From Alphaproteobacteria bacterium (GTDB taxonomy: Bacteria; Pseudomonadota; Alphaproteobacteria; CAAHEQ01; UBA3637): a stretch of DNA of 50,932 nt. Positions 45,000 through 50,932 of this stretch are shown here, in pieces. Every line of letters begins with the position of its first letter. Positions within the stretch are counted from its first letter, which is position 1. Below the pieces are notes generated by a model that worked only from the letters and a program-made list of their open reading frames with translations, did not search any database and was not told the DNA's origin. Location of the stretch: positions 1 through 50,932 of the forward strand of contig JAFPYW010000020.1 of assembly GCA_017394405.1 (NCBI GenBank). Reading direction: 5' to 3'. The translations under genes and the position numbers were made by a program.

Positions 45000-45808
45000 A
45001 GATTTTATTTTGTGGCGATATATCAGGGGAAGCTGGACGCACGGCAATCAAAACTTATATTCCTAAATTAAAGGAAAAATTATCCCTTGATGCCATTATT
45101 GCTAATGCTGAAAATGCCGCCCACGGATTAGGCCTGACCCCAAAAACATACAATGAATTATTACGCGCCGGAATTGATGTGATGACAATGGGAAATCATA
45201 CCTTTGATAAAATGGTCGTTACTGAAATTTGGCAACATGACAATGTCTTGGTCCGTCCCTTAAATTATCCAGCCGACACAGCCGGTAAGGGCTTTCATAT
45301 TTTTTCAGTCAGTAATAAACGCGTTTGTGTGGTCCAAATTTTAGGTCGCGCTTTTATGAACACCAAATTGGAATTGGCAGATCCTTTTCAAACAATTCAA
45401 ACATTTATAAATGAACATCAAAAAGATTATGACATTTTAATTGTGGATTATCACGCCGAAACGACCGCTGAAAAAGTGGCTATGGGATATTTTTTGGATG
45501 GCAAAGCGATCTTGGTGATTGGCACACACACACATATTCCAACCGCTGACGCACATTTATTGGAAAAAGGAACGGCCTTTATGACAGATGTCGGTATGTG
45601 TGGTGATTACACGTCCGTACTGGGCATGACACGCGAAACGGCTTTTTCTCATTTTGGCATCGGGATGGAACAAACTCGTTTTGAGCCCGCTTCAAATGCA
45701 ATAACTTTGTCCGCCGCTTTGGTGGAAATTGACAATAAAACATTAAGACCGAAATCGATTCAGTCAATCATTTTGGGTGATACCCTTGAAAACACAATAA
45801 AAATATGA
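44996..45808 (+). CDS. YmdB-family metallophosphoesterase (TIGR00282-type 2',3'-cyclic-nucleotide phosphodiesterase)
   Basis: MKILFCGDISGEAGR, ANAENAAHGLG, TMGNHTFD, VDYHAETTAEK, GTHTHIPTAD and MTDVGMCG. Confidence 0.8.
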   Translation: MKILFCGDISGEAGRTAIKTYIPKLKEKLSLDAIIANAENAAHGLGLTPKTYNELLRAGIDVMTMGNHTFDKMVVTEIWQHDNVLVRPLNYPADTAGKGFHIFSVSNKRVCVVQILGRAFMNTKLELADPFQTIQTFINEHQKDYDILIVDYHAETTAEKVAMGYFLDGKAILVIGTHTHIPTADAHLLEKGTAFMTDVGMCGDYTSVLGMTRETAFSHFGIGMEQTRFEPASNAITLSAALVEIDNKTLRPKSIQSIILGDTLENTIKI

Positions 45809-45840
45809 TATAATTATCTTATTCGAACGAAAGGAACAAC

Positions 45841-46581
45841 ATGTCAGGACATTCCCAATTCAAAAACATTATGAACCGCAAAGGCGCGCAAGATAAAGCT
45901 CGCGCTCGCGTCTTTTCGAAATGTGCTCGTGAAATTACGGTCGCCGTTAAAACTGGCGGGGCCGATCCAAACAGCAACCCGCGTTTGCGTTTGGCCATCC
46001 AAAATGCACGCAGCGAAAATATGCCGAAAGACAACATTGAACGCGCTATTGCCAAAGGTAGCCAAACCGCGGATACCAGCAATTATGAAGAAGTGCGTTA
46101 TGAGGGCTATGGCCCGGGTCATGTGGCCATTATTGTGGAGGCCTTGACCGACAACCGCGCTAGAACAGCACCGAATTTGCGTGCACTCTTTACAAAGCGT
46201 GGTGGATCCTTTGGTGATACAGTTTTATTTAACTTTGAAAAAATCGGTTATTTGGAGTTTCCATTGGCTGTTGCCACCGCTGATGCCATGTTTGAAGAAG
46301 CGTTGAATGCTGGTGCTGATGACGTTCAAACCACCGAGTCGGCTCATGAAATTATATGCAAACCGGAAGATTTGGGTACTGTGCGCGATGCCTTGGAAAG
46401 CAAATTAGGCACACCAAATGTGGCCCGAATCGATTGGAAACCAACCGTTGAAACGCCGATTACAGATTTAGAAACCGCTCAAAAACTGATGAGTTTTGTG
46501 GAAGATTTGAACGAAGATGATGATGTACAACGCGTGATCACAAACGCCAACATTGCCGAGGATATTTTGGCTCAACTTTAA
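45841..46581 (+). CDS. yebC: YebC/PmpR family DNA-binding transcriptional regulator
   Basis: MSGHSQFKNIMNRKGAQDKARARVFSKCAREITVAVKTGGADPNSNPRLRLAIQNARSENMPKDNIERAI is a near-canonical YebC N-terminus. Confidence 0.9.
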   Translation: MSGHSQFKNIMNRKGAQDKARARVFSKCAREITVAVKTGGADPNSNPRLRLAIQNARSENMPKDNIERAIAKGSQTADTSNYEEVRYEGYGPGHVAIIVEALTDNRARTAPNLRALFTKRGGSFGDTVLFNFEKIGYLEFPLAVATADAMFEEALNAGADDVQTTESAHEIICKPEDLGTVRDALESKLGTPNVARIDWKPTVETPITDLETAQKLMSFVEDLNEDDDVQRVITNANIAEDILAQL

Positions 46582-46593
46582 TATAAAGGAGAA

Positions 46594-47094
46594 TTGTCTA
46601 TGCGGATTTTGGGGTTGGATCCGGGATTAAGACATACGGGATGGGGTCTTGTTGAAAAACAAGGCACCCGTTTTGTTTTTGTGGCGGCCGGTGTGATCAA
46701 TCCAGATGAAAAATTACCGCTGGCGAATCGATTGACCGAATTACACGAATCGCTCAAAGCCCTGATAGAACAATGGAAACCAGATACAGCCGCCGTAGAA
46801 GAAACATTTGTGAATAAAAATCCATCTTCTACATTAAAATTGGGGCAAGCACGCGGTGTTGTCTTGATGACGCCTGCTTTGTTCGGATTGGCTGTCGGCG
46901 AATACACCCCAAATCAGATCAAAAAAACAATCACGGGTGTCGGGCATGCCGATAAAAATCAAGTAGATATGATGGTGCGTACTTTATTAAAGACCGTGCC
47001 CGAAGGAATGCCCCCCGATGCGGCTGACGCCCTTGCGATAGCCCTTACCCATGGCTTCTTAGGGCTATGCCAACACAATATCTTGGGACGCTGA
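46594..47094 (+). CDS. ruvC: crossover junction endodeoxyribonuclease RuvC
   Basis: RILGLDPGLRHTGWG, AVEETFVNKNPSSTLKLGQARGV, KKTITGVGHADKNQV and DAADALAIALTH. Confidence 0.9.
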   Translation: MSMRILGLDPGLRHTGWGLVEKQGTRFVFVAAGVINPDEKLPLANRLTELHESLKALIEQWKPDTAAVEETFVNKNPSSTLKLGQARGVVLMTPALFGLAVGEYTPNQIKKTITGVGHADKNQVDMMVRTLLKTVPEGMPPDAADALAIALTHGFLGLCQHNILGR

Positions 47095-47225
47095 AAACTA
47101 CATTTAGTGTCAAGCAAAATATTTAACAAATTATTAAAATTTTTTGTTGTTTTTTCCAAAAATACCCTTATGATGAGGAAACAGAAAAATGAAAAAGTTT
47201 AATTTGAACTACAAAGAGGGGTAAT

Positions 47226-48614
47226 ATGGAAAACGTTAATGCTATTCAAGGTCAATGGGCCGAAATTTGCACACAACTGACACAAACGCTCAGTGACCGA
47301 TTTGCAATGCGATTTCTCAGCAAAATCATACCAGATAAAATTGAAAATAATTGTGTCAATTTGATGGTGTCCAGTCCCTGTGTTCGTGAAGTTATTAAAC
47401 AAAATTATATTGAATCCATCTTATCTTTATGGAAAACCAAAAATCCGGGCATCTCTGCCATTAATTTGGAATTGGCCGAACCTGAACAATTGCCGGTTAT
47501 CAAACAAGAAATAGTTCAACCCGTGCCGGCCCCTTCTGTTTCTTTACCCGAATCAGACAATACCGATTCTCAAACGGATGAAATTCCTTGTTATTTAGAC
47601 AAAACGCACACATTTGATACATTTGTTGTCGGCAAATCCAATCAATTTGCCTGTGCTGCCGCCAAACAAATCGCAGAAGCAGACGTACCACCCTTTAATC
47701 CGCTCTATTTCCATGCAGGATCTGGTTTGGGAAAAACACACCTGTTGCACGCAATTGCTTGGCGTATGAAAGAACGTCATCCAGAAAAAACAATTTTATA
47801 TTTGTCTTCTGAACAATTCTTCCAACGCTGCATGCACGATTTGGGCACAACCAACAAGGATGCCTTTATCACCATGGTGCGCTCTGTAGATGTGTTGCTG
47901 ATTGATGATATTCAATTTATTTTAGGAAAACCATGGACACAAGAAGTCTTTTTCCACACCTTTAATAATTTAATTGCGCAAAATAAAACCGTGATTTTGG
48001 CCGCCGATTCGGCACCATCCGAATTACACGGCATCAGCGACAAATTGCGCACACGCATTTGCCAAGGATTAGTGGTCGATATCACGCCAGCCGAAGAAGA
48101 ATTGCGTTTGGGCATTTTACAAGGCAAGGCCAAACAAATCGGTGTTGAAATTCCACAGGATGTTTTGTCCTTCTTGGCCAAAAACATTACCTCAAACGTT
48201 CGTGAATTGGAAGGGGCCTTAAAACGAATCGCTGCTCATTCAACTTTATTAAACACGCCTATCAATATGGAAACGACTCGGTTGGTGTTGAAAGATATTT
48301 TACACACCTATGATCGTCCCGTGAAGGTGCCAGAAATTCAACAATTTGTTGCTGCGTATTATCATATTTCATTGAATGATTTGAAATCAACACGCCGTGA
48401 TCGCGCCATCGCACGCCCACGCCAAATTGCCATGTATTTGACAAAAGCTCTCACCTCATTGGCTTTGCCGGATATTGCTTTGTGCTTTAACCGCGACCAT
48501 ACAACAATTATTCACGCGGTTCGCACCATTGAAGGTTTGATGCAACAAGATAAAAAATTATCGGAACAAATTGCCGATATCACCGCCAAACTGAAAGCCG
48601 GAATGAATGCCTAA
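47226..48614 (+). CDS. dnaA: chromosomal replication initiator DnaA
   Basis: TFDTFVVGKSNQFACAAA, Walker A AGSGLGKTHLLHAI, LLIDDIQF, SNVRELEGAL, and the domain IV helix-turn-helix region (IARPRQIAMYLTKALTSLALPDIALCFNRDHTTIIHAV). Confidence 0.95.
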   Translation: MENVNAIQGQWAEICTQLTQTLSDRFAMRFLSKIIPDKIENNCVNLMVSSPCVREVIKQNYIESILSLWKTKNPGISAINLELAEPEQLPVIKQEIVQPVPAPSVSLPESDNTDSQTDEIPCYLDKTHTFDTFVVGKSNQFACAAAKQIAEADVPPFNPLYFHAGSGLGKTHLLHAIAWRMKERHPEKTILYLSSEQFFQRCMHDLGTTNKDAFITMVRSVDVLLIDDIQFILGKPWTQEVFFHTFNNLIAQNKTVILAADSAPSELHGISDKLRTRICQGLVVDITPAEEELRLGILQGKAKQIGVEIPQDVLSFLAKNITSNVRELEGALKRIAAHSTLLNTPINMETTRLVLKDILHTYDRPVKVPEIQQFVAAYYHISLNDLKSTRRDRAIARPRQIAMYLTKALTSLALPDIALCFNRDHTTIIHAVRTIEGLMQQDKKLSEQIADITAKLKAGMNA

Positions 48615-49056
48615 TTTGACCCCATTTAACAATCCTTTTTTGGTTGGCTTTGACGAATTAGAGCAAATGTTATTGCGAGTCGCCAAAGGGGCTGATTCTT
48701 TTCCGCCTTACAATGTAGAACAATTAGATGCCGCGACTTTTCAAATCACAATGGCGGTTGCCGGTTATTCCGAAGAAGATTTAGACATTTTGCAAGAAGA
48801 TAATCAGTTGGTCATTCGTGGTCGTCAAGAACATGATCCGAATCGGCATTATTTACATCAAGGTATTGCCGCCCGTTCTTTTTTGAAATCTTTTGTGTTG
48901 GCCGATGGTATGAAAATTGACAACGCTGTGTTGGAAAATGGGCTGTTGATAATCACCTTGCAAAAACCGCAAAAAAATCCTAATATAAAGAAGATAGCGA
49001 TCACCAAAAAGTCAAAAACCGTTCATTTGAATAGGAAAGGGGGACAAAATGGGTGA
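48607..49056 (+). CDS. Hsp20/IbpA family small heat-shock protein
   Basis: FPPYNVEQLDAATFQITMAVAGYSEEDLDILQEDNQLVIRG... and NGLLIITL, an alpha-crystallin domain. Confidence 0.85.
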   Translation: MPNLTPFNNPFLVGFDELEQMLLRVAKGADSFPPYNVEQLDAATFQITMAVAGYSEEDLDILQEDNQLVIRGRQEHDPNRHYLHQGIAARSFLKSFVLADGMKIDNAVLENGLLIITLQKPQKNPNIKKIAITKKSKTVHLNRKGGQNG

Positions 49057-49264
49057 TAGGATTATTGTTCCGACACATGACGCGTTTTGTTGCAAAGAAG
49101 TTGGATCTGACAAACGTGTCTATATCAAAAAAGAAACCAAAAATAACGAATTAGTTTGGGCGATTTACAGCCCCGATGGGGAATGTATGGCTCAAACGGG
49201 ATCGCGTGAAATGGCTATGGCGCTCGTCCGCCAAAACGATCTAACCGCCGCGCAAGTGCACTAA
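49049..49264 (+). CDS. DUF1150-like small protein (commonly follows hsp20 in alphaproteobacteria)
   Basis: 71 aa. ..LVWAIYSPDGECMAQTGSREMAMALVRQNDLTAAQVH matches the characteristic C-terminal pattern. The start overlaps the hsp20 end. Confidence 0.6.
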   Translation: MGDRIIVPTHDAFCCKEVGSDKRVYIKKETKNNELVWAIYSPDGECMAQTGSREMAMALVRQNDLTAAQVH

Positions 49265-50270
49265 CTTGTTGAATACCAATTCTAAATGGCTTTGCACCCA
49301 AATAATCTTCAATTACCAGTTCTGATTTGTGCGTGTTTGGAATCGGCAACTTCTCAGCCGCATCTATCAAGACACCATAAAAATCATCACCAAACGCTTT
49401 AATTTGTACTGGACGTTGCTTTTGATCACACAAAATCAATAAATCTCCGTCTGTATCTACGACGGCATAATCGCGGCTATTGTGAATTTGCAACGGCCCC
49501 CCACTTAATCGATTAACCCAGAAGCATTTTTCAAGTGGCATATCAGCATACGTTATGTCCAAGCGCATCCGTTGAAAACGCTGATTCATCAACCGATTAA
49601 AATAACGATCACTATCGTCGTTGGGCTCCACAATTTCATCGGCTTGCATTAAATCAGACACCAACACCTCCACGGCGCTGGTCATCAAATTATAGTTCCG
49701 CCCCTTTACAAAAAAGGAACGAACAAAATCAATTCGGCTTTTGAATTGTTTTTTCATCAAGGAAATATTACGTGTCAGGCCTGGATAGAGAGGAACCAAC
49801 TCCGATTCCACATCCCGCGACCATAAATCGGCCTCGGCTTCCATCCAAACTTGCGCATAAAAACGTTCTTTAAGGGGAAGCGATGCGTTGATACGATCTT
49901 CTCGTTTCAAAAATTGCAACGCATGACCTAATTCGTGTGTCAAAGTAAGGGTCTGTTGAAAAATGGCACGATCCGTTTGAGCTTTTGAAAAATCTGACTG
50001 ATTCGGATTGCCAATTTTTACCACCAACGAAGGGTCACAATAACCCAACGCATCCTTTTTGGGCTTCATCATCGACAAGACAACAGGCACTTCCCGTCTT
50101 TCACACACATCCCCGATTCGACAAATCAAATCACGCCCCGTCTTTGTCTTCACAATCATCCGTAACATTTTTTGGAAAGTCGCCTTGTCCAACAACGATC
50201 CACGCAATTGGAAAATATCCTCATCATTGATATATCTGTAGGCCCTATCTAACATTTTGTCCCCTTCCAA
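49215..50270 (-). CDS. HExxH-motif protein, putative zinc metallopeptidase of unknown family (351 aa)
   Basis: LTLTHELGHALQF, followed ~25 aa later by WMEAEADLWSRDVESEL. It is a paralog of the upstream ORF over this core and has an extra ~180-aa C-terminal region. Confidence 0.6.
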   Translation of the reverse strand: MEGDKMLDRAYRYINDEDIFQLRGSLLDKATFQKMLRMIVKTKTGRDLICRIGDVCERREVPVVLSMMKPKKDALGYCDPSLVVKIGNPNQSDFSKAQTDRAIFQQTLTLTHELGHALQFLKREDRINASLPLKERFYAQVWMEAEADLWSRDVESELVPLYPGLTRNISLMKKQFKSRIDFVRSFFVKGRNYNLMTSAVEVLVSDLMQADEIVEPNDDSDRYFNRLMNQRFQRMRLDITYADMPLEKCFWVNRLSGGPLQIHNSRDYAVVDTDGDLLILCDQKQRPVQIKAFGDDFYGVLIDAAEKLPIPNTHKSELVIEDYLGAKPFRIGIQQVSALARRLDRFGGRAP

Positions 50271-50932
50271 ACAAGCGTTGAAACCAATTCAAACGTGGTG
50301 CGGGTTTTTCTTCCGCAATTTGTAAAATCGGCGATTGCAACACTTCCTCTACTGATATAGGTAGTTTCATATTCGTTAGCCAGACCCCCACCAACTCATT
50401 AAACAAACGCGTTCTGACAGGATTTGGTTCTGATCGGAAATGACTTTGCGAACGGTACGCATCTTTGGCCTCATGACCTGCCCATGCGAAAGTACCATTC
50501 AATGTGTCTTTCATGTGTTGCAATCGTCCATTTTCACCATCATATTTTCTGTTGCGCTCCTTTAATCTGTCCGGCACTGGCAAAAAATCACTATTGACAT
50601 ACAATTCGCTTTCAATCCGATCGCCCATAAACCATGCGTCTTCTTCCTGTAACAATTTGGCTAACAACACCTCGGATTTCGTTTGCGCATACATCATCAA
50701 AGATAAATATGCATACCGCGTCATAATGTGGCGCAATTCATGCCCCAAAGTGGCAGCCATAGCAATATCACCCGACAAACTGGGATCACGCACCATATTG
50801 CGACCATCGGCGGCAAAACAACTCAATTCGACTTTGTTAAAGGTGATGTCCGTCATACCGGCCACGCCCCGCAAAGATCGTGTCAAACCAATGGATATGC
50901 GTGGGTCCGACAACCACCACACCTTTTTCTTC
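50245..50932 (-). CDS. HExxH-motif protein, putative zinc metallopeptidase (paralog; 5' end possibly outside window)
   Basis: ATLGHELRHIMT, followed by LQEEDAWFMGDRIESEL. The frame stays open to the window edge upstream of the GTG at 50922. Confidence 0.55.
   Translation of the reverse strand, partial: KKKVWWLSDPRISIGLTRSLRGVAGMTDITFNKVELSCFAADGRNMVRDPSLSGDIAMAATLGHELRHIMTRYAYLSLMMYAQTKSEVLLAKLLQEEDAWFMGDRIESELYVNSDFLPVPDRLKERNRKYDGENGRLQHMKDTLNGTFAWAGHEAKDAYRSQSHFRSEPNPVRTRLFNELVGVWLTNMKLPISVEEVLQSPILQIAEEKPAPRLNWFQRLFGRGQNVR

Noticed and set aside
47095-47225. Possible oriC / DnaA-box cluster upstream of dnaA
   Set aside because: The region is A/T-rich, but I found no TTATCCACA-like 9-mers; the best match, ttttccaaa, has two mismatches. 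Alphaproteobacterial origins are usually not next to dnaA. It would need a genome-wide GC-skew and DnaA-box scan.
1-50932. CRISPR arrays, IS elements/transposases, rRNA, prophage genes, toxin-antitoxin pairs
   Set aside because: None were seen. There are no regularly spaced direct repeats, no DDE/serine recombinase motifs, and no intergenic region longer than ~165 nt that could hide a structured RNA of appreciable size.

Overview
Compact, moderately AT-rich chromosomal segment. Gene content and synteny look alphaproteobacterial and resemble Rickettsiales/Holosporales-type intracellular bacteria (inference only; no searches were run, and all calls come from motifs read in the supplied translations). 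I count about 55 protein genes, 2 tRNAs with intrinsic terminators, no rRNA, no CRISPR and no IS/transposase. The centrepiece is a tightly packed minus-strand block of about 19.8 kb (25384 down to 5621). It carries a Rickettsiales-vir-homolog (rvh)-style type IV secretion island, virB8-virB7-virB8-virB9-virB10-virB11, with several non-canonical features. (1) VirB10 is 2152 aa because a degenerate ~17-aa repeat array of ~1,500 residues, plus an Ig-like module, sits between the membrane anchor and the TrbI/VirB10 barrel domain. (2) VirB9 is 566 aa and ends in a SPOR-type peptidoglycan-binding domain. (3) Six consecutive unassignable genes encoding Sec-signal-peptide, coiled-coil-rich proteins lie immediately upstream in the same apparent operon. 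(4) Where rvh islands normally carry virD4, virB11 is followed instead by a dUTPase-fold gene with all catalytic motifs degenerate, and then an SH3b gene. The rest is housekeeping: mtnN fragment, carD, mscS, infC, rnhA, ptsN, hpf, hemW, lpoA-like, rsmI, yraN, aroK, xerD, surA, folD, lepA, recR, ybaB, zapA, ymdB-like, yebC, ruvC, dnaA, hsp20. Local oddities are an in-frame lptF/G-lptD fusion, a frameshift inside lptD, an unknown protein family present twice and translationally coupled to unrelated genes each time, a tandem pair of HExxH proteins, a patatin-like phospholipase and a VanX-like dipeptidase.
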